From Eledone cirrhosa (taxonomy: Eukaryota): a stretch of DNA of 64,000 nucleotides. This document shows positions 41,626 to 53,295 of this stretch, one piece after another. The translations under genes were made by a program, and so were the position numbers. Each line of letters opens with the position of its first letter. Within the stretch, counting starts at the first letter, position 1. The stretch spans positions 38,812,001-38,876,000 of the forward strand of contig OZ024745.1 in assembly GCA_964016885.1 (NCBI GenBank), read 5' to 3'. Under the pieces are notes generated by a model. That model searched no databases. It was not told the DNA's origin and saw nothing but the letters and a program-made list of their open reading frames with translations.

Positions 41626-42323
41626 TATGAATAAATTTAGTCCTTCATCAGTGATCTTCCAACCTTCAATGGTATTTCGTCGCTTTAAAGACCATATACC
41701 TCTGGTTGGTGCGAGCAACGGCATCGGCTAAAGAAAGTCGTTGGGGCACGTAAATAGGGGGAACGAGCTAGACAGTAAACAATCAAAGATGGTAATGCAA
41801 CGAAAGGTGAGGAAGAAGGAGTCAAATCCCTGAAATCGATGAACATAAGTTCTGTGAACACGTGGACGAGAGAAAATAAAGACCATCAAACCTGGTCGAA
41901 CTAACAGTCACTCTCTCTGTTCACCTCTTCCTCACACTTTCACTAACTCACTCTCTGCTACTTCTTCTCCTACTTACTCCCGTTTGACCAGTGCGAGATT
42001 CTTTCCTCACGCACACTTCGACCAGGTCGGATGGTCTAAATTCTCTCTCGTCTACGATTTCACAGAACTTATGTTCATCGATTTCAGGGACTTGACTCCT
42101 TCTTCCTCACTTTTCGTTGCATTACCATCTTTGATTGTTTACTGTCTCGCTCGTTCCCTCTATTTACGTGTCCCAGCGACTTTCTTTAGCCGTTGCTCGC
42201 ACCAACCAGAGGTATATGGTATTTAAAGCGATGAAATACCAATGAAGATTGGAAGATCACTGATGAAGGACTAAATTTATTCATATGTAACCCATTTGCA
42301 ACCACACAGCACGCCATGTTTTC

Positions 42324-42325
<2 letters not shown>
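41626..42325. mobile_element. Fold-back insertion (arms 41626-41900 and 42017-42285, short tail) in (TA)n; probable PLE 3' remnant
   Basis: ~270-bp inverted arms with scattered mismatches and a 116-bp pyrimidine-rich spacer; CTGATGA near the outer ends. Confidence 0.7.
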
Positions 42326-42375
<50 letters not shown>

Positions 42376-42426
42376 TGTGTGTGTGTGTGTGTATGTATAT
42401 ATATATATGTGTGTGTGTGTGTATAA

Positions 42427-42478
<52 letters not shown>

Positions 42479-42544
42479 AGGAAAATCTATGACCACGACG
42501 GCAGAGCTTAAGCCCTTTCGAAGGCTATTTCTGGACTAAATTAG

Positions 42545-43604
42545 AATTTTTAGCATGGTGAATAAATAGCCGAACTTCTCAAGGTGTAATTCCCTATATG
42601 CGAAGTTTGTAGTTGTCAGGAGGATTGGTCAAATTTCTTGTAAACACAATTAATTTAATTACAAATGCTGTTTACGAAGGACCAAATCCTAAGCAAAAAA
42701 ACAACTTGTAACTGCATGCAAAAACCGATTGCATAGGACTTACCTCGCCCTCAAACCCCTTAATGACCCGGCTGGGTAGAAATTTGCTGCAACATCCTCC
42801 TTTTCCCCACTTGCTGAACAAGATAGGGGAAGCCCCAGCTAACATAGGTAGATATACATCTTTTCTTTTCTTTTCTAATTTCTTCTTCATTTTGTCTCTT
42901 CCTATCACTTCCTTCCACTCCCCATCCTCTTCATTTTCCTTTTTCCCCTTTCGCCTACCCCGAGGCAGCCCATCGGGCCTTTGTAACCTCAGTACCTCCG
43001 CCCCAGTAAATCATAGATAGCATTGGCCGAAAACAGAATACCAACTAATTATAGCAGCTGTTTTAGACTCCAGAGATTTTGTATTACTTTTTACTACCCA
43101 ATTCTATAATTTCAATTTGTATTTATTTGTTTAGTATCTTCTATTCTCAACCTATTAACCTATTCTATAGCATTGGCGGAAAACGCAATACCAACTAAAT
43201 ATAGCAGCTGATTTAGACTCTACAGAATTTTCATCACTTATTACTATCCAATTTTATATATTTATATATTTATTTCTTATTTATTTATTCCTCTAATCTG
43301 ATTTGATTTATCTATTCTATAACGTCCCTTCTCTATTTTCTCCAGAATCCTTTTTCGCCTGTTTCTTCTAGCCTAGTTTCATACACAACCCTTAGAATTT
43401 GCTGTATAGCATTCATTTCAACGCTTGACCGGCTCCACTCACTCCGTCATTGTTCTACAGTCACCACCACCTCCCACCCAGTGCCGTGATATACTTAATT
43501 GCGTTTACAAAAGATTTTGACTAATCCTCTTGAAAACTACAATCTTCCTATATAAGGAATTACCCCTTGACAAGTTCGGCTATTTATTTACCACGCTAAA
43601 AATT
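42545..43604. mobile_element. Non-coding element with ~110-bp diverged inverted ends and an internal ~150-bp tandem duplication
   Basis: 42545-42655 is the approximate reverse complement of 43496-43604 (aataaatagccgaactt / aagttcggctatttatt); atagcattgg..gaaaac..aataccaactaa is repeated at ~43017 and ~43167. Confidence 0.65.
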
Positions 43605-44487
43605 ACATCTGAAAATTACATCTGAAAATAACACCCTGTTTGATCGAATCCAAAGTGATTTCATTACGGTCACAATTGTACATCGACATTATATCAACTT
43701 AATTCAATGTAGTGGATAAAATCCTTGCAGGGTGCCAGATGAGATCATGAAAGATATTATATATCATGCCAAAACTATACCACCTATCAACCGCTCCAAA
43801 ATAGGCGTTTTCCTTCTCGTCGCGAATTCGTAAACACCAAAGCGAATTTACCTGGTTTTATTATACTTAGAGCCGGGAAAACATTATTCATCGCATTTAA
43901 TCTGACACTCAAATCAGTGTCACAATCGACTGCTCCAGATGAATCCTTGTCGTGATTATGCTTTTATTATCATCGAATCTACATTACAAAAACTGTTTTT
44001 ATTAATTTATGTTTTGGTAGTTTTGTGCGAACTAAGCTATCTATAGCTCCTATATACACGTTGTTGAATTTTTTTAGTAGACCGTAAAATACATAGTGTA
44101 TCTAGAACAACGATAGCCAATTTCCCTGTCCATTTTCAGATAGATGCGTTGTAATTTGAGAAAGATTAGCTTTGCTTTTTCAGGTACGTCCATTTTCGGT
44201 AAAACACACTTCAATAGGTGTGAATATATAAAAAAATATAAAAATACATCAAATATCAAGATAAACAGTGTCTATACGTTTTTATGAAAAATTACGATTT
44301 TAACAGAAAATTATATTGGGTATAATCAGTTTACTTATTTGGCTTATATTTCTACCGTTCAAATATTTGCTTGCCTATGTTGGCTAATAGATTACTTTAA
44401 ACAGAAATCAACACTTTCATTTGATTTATTCATATGATTTAAAGGTGTTTGTTTTTTTTTAGAGAGAGAGAGAGCGAGAGAGATAGA

Positions 44488-44528
<41 letters not shown>

Positions 44529-44796
44529 CGGAAAAAATGAAAGGAAATTTCATTTTCCACACTAAGTACGGCTGTTACTTAAATATAAGTAAGTATACGT
44601 ACATACATATATCTATACAGACGTACAGTAGTATGTATATATATATATATACATGCACACATATATATATATATGTACGTATGGATTTACCGAACATTTA
44701 TTATAATGCTCGGTGTGTTTGTAAAAAAACATCTCGAATTAAGCCGTACAGTGTTTAGCAATCATCGTTGCTCTTTTGTTTAACACTGACAAAGGA

Positions 44797-44839
44797 ACGA
44801 TGTACTATTTTCAAGCTTATTAGCTATCGTCAGCACAGT
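44797..44839 (-). ncRNA. Hammerhead motif, slightly degenerate
   Basis: actgtg-CTGACGA-tagctaataagctt-GAAA-atag-TA-catcgt; core intact, one stem I mismatch, loop palindrome broken. Confidence 0.6.
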
Positions 44840-45331
44840 ATACCATCCTTCCAGATGATTGAACGTCTGGAAGTATATACTTTCCTTATGCATATTAACG
44901 GCTGAGCAGCCTAATTTGCATATCGAGTGAGTTAATAGGACGGGCGCACCGGAAACGATAAACGGAAAAAATGAAACGAAATTTCATTTCTCACTCTTAG
45001 TACGGCTGTTACTTAAATATAAGTATGTATACGTACATACATATATGTAAACAGATGTACAGTAGTATGTATATATATATACATACATGCACAAATATAT
45101 ATATATGTACATATGTATTTACCGAACATTTATGATAATGCACGGTGTGTTTGTAAACAAACATCCCGAATTAAGCCGAACATTGTTTAGCAACCATCAT
45201 TTTACCCGTTTATCGTTGTCGGTGCGCCCGGCCGAATAACTCACTCGATATGTAAATTAGGCTGCTCAGCCGTTAATATGCATGAGGAAAGTATATACTT
45301 TCAGACATTCAATCATCTGGCAGGAAGGTAT

Positions 45332-45374
45332 ACGGTGCTGAAGCTAGCTAATAAGCTTGAATCTAGTACATCGT
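45332..45374 (+). ncRNA. Hammerhead motif with core mutations (likely inactive)
   Basis: acggtg-CTGAAGC-tagctaataagctt-GAAT-ctag-TA-catcgt. Confidence 0.5.
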
Positions 45375-45488
45375 TCCTTTGTCATTGTTGAACAAAAGGG
45401 CCACGATGGTTGCTAAACACTGTACGGCTTAATTCGGGATGTTTGTTTAGAAACACACCGAGTATTATAATAAATGTTCGGTAAATCA

Positions 45489-45532
<44 letters not shown>

Positions 45533-46249
45533 ATGTATATATATACTACTGTACGTCTGTATACATATATGTATGTACGTTTACATACTTATACATATAT
45601 ATATATAATATAATAATATAATATTTATATACAGATATAGATTTCTCATGTATTCTCCTTTATATCTCAAATATACAGTATATATATATACAGAGATAGA
45701 AAGAGAAAGTGATTTTATTCTTGATTATATACGTGTATTAATCTAAATAAATATATGAGCTGTTGGGGGATTTCCTTTTGGCAAATTACCGCTGAATTCC
45801 CTGGAAAACAATTCTGGGTATTATATTGATAAAAAAAAAACTGATAGATAAAAATTACTACTAATACTAAAAACATAATAGCAACAATAGTAATTATTAT
45901 TTCTACCATTGGCATAAATCCAGCAATTTGGAGAACTGCAATGTCGCTTTTATCAACCGCTGTAATTAACTGGTACTATATAATTGTTTGTAGCATAAGC
46001 TCAAGTCTAATAATTTAGAGGGAGGTGAATTCAATTATAGTAACTAATAATTGAGAGGCATTTTATTTTATAGACGGCACAACAAAGGAAGTATTCGATC
46101 TCAGACCTAAACGACTGTAACGAAATACCACAAAGCATTTTATTCGATGCAAGGTGTGCAAAGTGCTGTGAAGGAAATATTAAAATCTTTCGACTTCAGA
46201 TCCACTGCGCTAGATGAAACGTAGCTCGAGCGAGAATTTACCGTGAGTT

Positions 46250-46470
46250 TATATATACCTGCCCCCACATTGCCAACACCACCATCTTCCAGGGTCCCAA
46301 CGGCCTCTCTCTCTCTGTCCGGCATGCATTCCTCTGCACCTCCTTCAACTTCATCTATGGACTTCGCAACCTGTGTTAGGCAGAGCGGACGTCGCCTGGC
46401 GGATCGGTTAACGGAGCACCTCCGAGATATTCGTCTCGGCGGGAGTTCCCCTTCACCCGCCACTTTGCTT
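46250..46470 (+). pseudogene. Decayed GIY-YIG endonuclease fragment of another Penelope-type element (C/A-rich sequence continues to ~47260)
   Basis: TCPHIANTTIFQGPNG...HAFLCTSFNFIYG and RQSGRRLADRLTEHLRDIR, matching the PLE 'FTC.S.N.IY...G.TGR.L..R..EH' pattern across frameshifts. Confidence 0.65.
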
Positions 46471-47305
46471 CCCCTGGACACTCACAAGCAAACACGCACG
46501 TACACACCAGTATACCACACTCAATCATACTGAACCCAGCACCTTTTCTGCCCCCATCTTACTACCAAAACCCCCACACACATCCTAATAACACCTCCAC
46601 TAATATACACACAACGCCCCCCCCCCCCCACAATGGCACCCTTTCCCTCAACTTGTCACACCTACTCTCCTGTACAACGCACCTCCGCACACACATACAC
46701 ACATTCCACACACACACATACAGACCACCACTGCCAACTTCCACTCGCCTGTCTGTCATCCTCTTAACTGATATCTGCTCTCTCTCTCGCATCCTTCGCT
46801 CTGCCTTCTCCACCGTCATCCTTCACTTTCTTGACCATTTGCTATTGCGCGCGCGCCCCGCAACTTTCTACTTTGTCCGCACCATTCCACGGATCCTACA
46901 CTACTGGTCACACGCTCTAGACATCCACATTTTTTCCCGGATCTTTTAACCATCTGTCCATACACTCACCGGAAAAACATTCAGGAACACACACAGACAC
47001 ACCCGCACAAAAACGTACACTATTTTTGCACACACGCAGCCATACATTACCACGTATCTACACCACACAAAAAAACACACACACATGCGTATCCTCAGTT
47101 ACACCTACTAGGCCTCCGGCCTCCGCACGGCCCATCTCTCCCACCCCTCCGACCCCTCACCATCCACACGCATACACACACTGACTTACACTCCACCCCA
47201 TGTACACACTGGTTTTTCGATTACCCAACCATGGAACCACGTTCTTCCCCAAACTCTCACGCTCATATCCATATAATATATATCTATATCTATAGCTATC
47301 TATAT

Positions 47306-47694
47306 ATATAAGTATGTATACGTACATACATATATGTATACAGGCGTACAATAGTATGTATATATATATATATATATATATACATACATGCACACACATA
47401 TATATGTACGTATGGATTCACCGAACATTTATTATAATGCTCGGTGTGTTTGTAAACAAACATCCCGTATTAAGCCGTAGTGTCTAGCAACCATCGTTGC
47501 TCGTTTGTTCAACACTGACAAAGGAACGCTGTACTAGTTTCAAGCTTATTAGCTATCGTCAGCAACGTATACCTTCCTGCCAGATGATTGAACGTCTGAA
47601 AGTATATACTTTCCTTATGCATATTAACGGCTGAGCAGCCTAATTTGCATATCGAGTGGGTTAATCGGCCGGGTGCACCGAAAACGATAAACGT
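47306..47694 (-). mobile_element. Retrozyme-like repeat, copy 4 (near-monomer)
   Basis: Homologous to 44585-44964 over its whole length. Confidence 0.85.
47526..47568 (-). ncRNA. Minimal type I hammerhead ribozyme, intact
   Basis: acgttg-CTGACGA-tagctaataagctt-GAAA-ctag-TA-cagcgt. Confidence 0.85.
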
Positions 47695-47699
47695 AAAAG

Positions 47700-48100
47700 G
47701 GGATGGCAATAACTCTAGTTTCGCAGAAGAGAGGGGACGGCTGAAGCGGAGGATGATTGGGCTTTGGGACTTCGGCATTGGGGCAGAAGGGCCGCGCCTC
47801 GCGGACAACACCACAGAAACATTCCCGCGGATAATGGCCTGTGGCAACCGGTGCAACTGCCACCCAACATCGTGGCTCCTTCCTCAGACGCCAACGTTCT
47901 GATCTTGTGCAGGAGCTCGGATGTACGGTGTCCAAGTACACCTGGTGTCTCTAGTAATTATCCTGTATTCTGGAGTTTCTCCTACATATGGGTGATGTGA
48001 TGGTTGCACCCTGCGGGGTTACCGGGTCGGCTAAGATCCAACTTGTGCAAACTAACTTATTCACAATAGACAACCAGATTCAGAGCATCCATGTCTACTG
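47700..48100 (-). mobile_element. Decayed 3' end of an RLE-type (CRE-like) non-LTR element
   Basis: ETPGVLGHRTSELLHKI...LHRLPQAIIRGNVSVVL resembles the 'ET.G..G...QRLS.AIQRGN' RLE C-terminus; frameshifted. Confidence 0.5.
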
Positions 48101-50152
48101 TTTATAGTATGTCGTTGTCTCTTGAATAAGTTTAATTTTAGAAATGTCATTATCTAAGTTAGACGAGTGTCAGATATTTAGGCGCAAAATGGGGGAAAGA
48201 ACATATGTGGGAAATTTGTTCAGGTATGAAACAGAACCTTGATGTATTTAAGTATCTAAGTACAGCAATTACATGTCTATGCTTACATACACAGTGCAAC
48301 AATTCTATAAAAAAATCAAAAACAAAGCGTTTAACACAGTGACACGCAGATTTATTAACATATATTTATATACGATTACACACACACACACATACTCACA
48401 CACACACACATATATATATATATACATTTTAAAATGGAAGTAAGGTCCTATACAAAACAATGGTTATAGTGAAAAGGTGATATTGGAAATAGCACGGAAA
48501 TTATATTGAAGGATCCGTTTTTCTTTGTTTTCCTTTCATTGATTCGTGAAAGTGACATTAGTGAAAAATAAGAGGCACAATTCTTTTTAAAAAGAGTTTT
48601 ATAATGTATAAAAAATATAAATTATATCCGCTTTCGAAGTATTAATAACATCCATCTTATGAAATGTTGAGTATTACAATTAAAAATAATTAATAACAAT
48701 TAAAATTAAAGATTCAAAATTAAGTGTTGAGGCAAGTTCTTTTTCATCTTTCTTGTTGAGAAGGAGATGAACGCCTTGGTTTTAAACAAGGATATATCAG
48801 TTCATAATATCCATAAGACCATAAAATGTGATTTGTTTAACAAATTTAACAACAATGTATCGACTCCACTAATCATTAAACTATCTAACATTAATGGGAA
48901 TGACATAACATTTATAAGAATTATTGGGTAGTTTATGAAAATTTAATTTGGTTTGGTCTGTGGCTTAAGATATTCAGAAAAGTTATTATTTGGCATGTAA
49001 ACGCAATACACAATGAGACTTCGAATAAGAAAGAACATTTATATAAACGAAATGATCTGCTGAAGCTTAACTAAACCTAACCATTACTAGTTTTCTTCAA
49101 AGAATTTACATGACTTTGAAGTTTCAAAAAATACTTTGAATCTTTATTCAACCATGTTCATGAGAGACATTTTCATTTTCAACAAGTTTCATAATAAAAC
49201 TCCCCATAATTGACAAGGTTCTCCTGATAGTTTTGAAACCTCAGAAAATTGATGATTAAAAATATATATGAAATTAAAATAATATAGTTAGGAACATTAA
49301 TGATAAATACTGTAAATATGATGTATGTATGTGGATCAAAGCTAAATCCGCAGATGGGTTAATTTACTGGGGCTAATCGCACCATTTCCTCAACCATCAT
49401 CTCACAAAAACATCATAAATCAAGCACAAGTTTGCTAAACATTAACGCCTATCACTCCGGCATTAATTACCACATATTTAGACACACCGAGCAATATATA
49501 ATTAAATCATAATTAATTAAGACTTCATTCGCATACAAGAAATGGTTGGTGCGGGGGCATAACATGATACAGTATATATGTTTCTGGGTGTGTGTATATA
49601 CGTGTCTACGCGTATTTCTGCGTGTGAGTGCATGTGTGCGTGTGGAAAAAAACGCTCACAACCACACATGTATAATTATCATTATTGATTTACTGTATAT
49701 ATAAATGCATATCAATATCCTTTAACATATCGCAAGAAAGAGAGAGATGGAAGGAGTGGGAGCGAAACGATAGAGAAACTGAATGAATTAGATAAAAGAA
49801 TCGTCTGACACGACATAGGCCGATAACATTTAATTTTTTTTTTTTCAACTTCAAAATAAACTGGGAGGCAATCGTCAAATCTTTGTTTGCCTATATTATT
49901 CTCGTATCCTGACTTCCAGTTCTTTATATAATACGAGAAAGATAAACGTTCCCTTGGTTCAGTTATTAAACTTATATGTTTCATTTTTAATGAAATGCTT
50001 TATATATATATATTGAATTTGTGATTATGTTTAGGTAATTAAATTAAAGAGTAACAGAATACGCATACATAGAATCATCTATTCACACGTACAAACAGAC
50101 ATCAAACACACACATATATATATATGTGCGTGTGTTAGTGTGTGTATGTATA

Positions 50153-50267
<115 letters not shown>

Positions 50268-50388
50268 GACTCATACACAATAGAGATTATATTTATAATA
50301 GATATGCCAACATTTTAAAATGATAAATTACACTCTTCGCGAAACCAAACACATGTAAATACCCTGTGTTGATTTAAATGCTGAAAAA

Positions 50389-50860
50389 TTAATGATTCCC
50401 GTTAGATATTTTAGAGCTTGATTTGTTGTTCAGGAGAAGACAAGTACAGTAAGCATACAATATGACACCGAATTTCCTATAACATTTCATATCTATAACC
50501 GAAATATACATAAATCTAAAACAGATTGTAAAGCCTATTACAGGAAGGTCGACCTGGAGAAAATATCTGTTCAAATGATCACGCCTTGTATATCGTGAAA
50601 AACATAAAGTACTTTTAGTTGCCCCATTTAGAAAGAAGGGTGGAATAATTGTCAAAATCTGTTTCCTTGATCTGAGAGAATGCATGTATTTGTCCCTGCA
50701 TACATATACCTTGCTGTATACACACTCAAGTACATAAGTATTTATGAGCCAAGGAGTGATACAAATCAAGGCCATTATCCAAATAATAATAGCTGCTACA
50801 TATTCCACATTTCTCACCCTACCTAGGTAAGTATGTTTGAGCGAATGAGACGTCTATCTT
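50389..50860 (-). pseudogene. Possible class-A (neuropeptide-type) GPCR fragment, ICL2-TM4-ECL2-TM5
   Basis: R*TSHSLKHTYL...VAAIIIWIMALICITPWLI...C...RYFLQVDL...CYRKFGVILY; pattern match by eye only. Confidence 0.3.
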
Positions 50861-51879
50861 GTAGGTGGAGTTTTAAGTAATAGCAACCAAACATCACTCG
50901 ATTTAAACCCTGCATTCGCCAACGGTTTGCAATTGTACACACTCCTTATCAAATAAGCGTTGCCCACAGATCTAGTGGGCACAAGCCCTTCAGAAATAAC
51001 ATTGATTCATACCCATAAATCCCATGATGCGTTCAGATCATATCCATTTCAATTTACAATCCTTCAAAATAGTCAGATTTATATTTGCCACGACAATCAA
51101 TAAATCTTAACGTCAACCGTTGAAAAATGTTTACTGAATTGTGCGAACAAACCTAATGAATACCTAATGCCTAATCAATCGCTTTATTTTGAAACATTTA
51201 CTGCTTCATCAACACATTCCGCAGTAAAGCCAGTAAAGTATTTTGACTGGTCTCTGAGGGGGAGATGTATTATGTTAAATATCCCTATTTTCTAGATTAT
51301 GAGGCTGTCATTATCTGTATATTGTCATTTTTACAGGGATGAGTGTGATCATAAGATATGCATCAGACCCACAATCAAAATGTAGGTAAATCTCTTAGTC
51401 CCTTTAGAACGAAGTAAATCAAGAGACGTGAGGCGGATACAGATAATAATAATGATTTCTGCTCTCAGAGACGGGAAGAACAATCTGGAGCGGTAATACT
51501 AACTCCGATTCGGAATTTCTTCATTATTAGACAATGTTGTTTTCCTTCAGCGCCATATCAACTTTATACCAAATATATCCTCCTGTAAAATCCTATATTC
51601 TGCGATATTTTCAATAACCGCCATGTTTAGAGATCTTCTAACATTTAAATGTATTATGCATACTATTTTATGTTTTCACAATATCTCTGTGAGCACAAAA
51701 CCGTATTCGGTCACTTTTACGACAAAGATCAACAGCTTAATTCAGCATCTTTCCAGTCTGCCGACTGGTTATGTATATCATTTTATCCCGGGTTCAATCG
51801 CGGGAAACTACAGAAAGTATGGTACGCAATACAAAATAGATTGTAAATATTTACTATAGAAATTTCGGGGGAAATCATC

Positions 51880-51944
51880 AGGGCTTCCTGATGATTTCTT
51901 CTGATTTCTCCCGAATGAAACAGTTCTAGTGCTGTACAAGCCTT
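51880..51944 (+). ncRNA. Type I hammerhead motif of a separate family
   Basis: agggcttc-CTGATGA-t ttc...gaa t-GAAA-cag ttctagtg ctg-TA-caagcctt; one C.C mismatch next to the cut; a degenerate homologue lies on the minus strand at ~17305-17352. Confidence 0.55.
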
Positions 51945-53260
51945 TTCTATTATATATATAAACTTGCTCTATATATTTTTCTTGCTCAAAAGAAGTAACT
52001 TGATGTTTTAGAGTATTTTGTTACTTGTTCGAGTCACCTAGGTGTGGTTTCATCTTTGCTTTGTTCGGTGACATTTTACTCTTTCCATTTAACACAATAA
52101 ATAATTTGTTCATATACTGAGGTAACTGTGTAGAAATATCGATACTTCCTAATTATAATAGCTGTTTAAATTGGTTTGTGAAATATTGAAATTAACGAAA
52201 ACACAAAATTATGTTTCTTAATCACTAAACACTATAGATACTTCACACATATTAATTATCGACATTCATGAATTTATGCGAACGCACTTAAACAACACAC
52301 ACACATACACACATACACGCATACACACACTCACATAAACTCATAGACATGGCTACTCTCCAAAGATATGTTTCAATACGTTTAATAATTAATTATTGGA
52401 AACAAAATCTTCATGGAATTACGCAGTTTTGTACAAAGTCTTGGAGATAAGAAAAACGATATTCAGAAATTAATAACAATAAAACAAAATACCAACAGGA
52501 ACAAATTTAATAACAGCAAATACGGTTAATTAAGCAACACACTAGTGTATTTAGTGAGAAGTTATTTATCAGATCTTTGATAATGGCTCATATCACGGTG
52601 ATTGTTGGGCTTTGTTCACAAATATCTGTTTTGTTAATGAAATTTAACTCCACGCCGTACCCTGATCAACAATGGAGATACACTGCTTTAAATGGTCAAT
52701 TTGCTGAGGAAAATATGAAACGTATTTAATTGAGGGAGCATAATTTCAATTAGAAGAGACATATCCTAGCCGAATAATTATATATTGATTGCTACAATAA
52801 TTAAACAAGTGAATGAGTGAATAAATATTACTAGATATCACTGGCTGAAAATACATTTTGGTTGCGATATCTTTCACACACCAAACAATATAATATCGAG
52901 GAATAAAATAACTCAATTTTAAATGCTATTTCCGTATTTCTTGATGAAATAAAAGCTCCTTTGTTTAAGGCTATTCATTACTAATTAAGGTGGTGAAAAG
53001 AACCAAAAACAAGAACTTGCTGAAAAATATGTCGGTTAACAAAAGCAAAATATTGATGTTGTTGGCATTACGTATAAATATTACAAAACGTATATTTCAG
53101 AAATCCCGGGTACTCGACGTTATTGTTTTGATACTGTCTTTTTCTGTGTTTTAATATATTCGAACGCTGAGTCCAAAGGACCAAACAATACATCCAGGAG
53201 CCTGTACACACGCAACTAAGCATATACCCACCATTACATAACACATACAGACACACACAC

Positions 53261-53290
<30 letters not shown>

Positions 53291-53295
<5 letters not shown>

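Larger units (their letters stand above)
44528..45600. mobile_element. Retrozyme-like repeat array: ~1.5 tandem minus-strand units (44528-45199, period 434 bp) plus an inverted plus-strand unit (45200-45600), in (TA)n
   Basis: acggaaaaaatgaaa.gaaatttcattt at 44528 and 44962; hammerhead motifs at 44797-44839 (-) and 45332-45374 (+). Confidence 0.85.
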
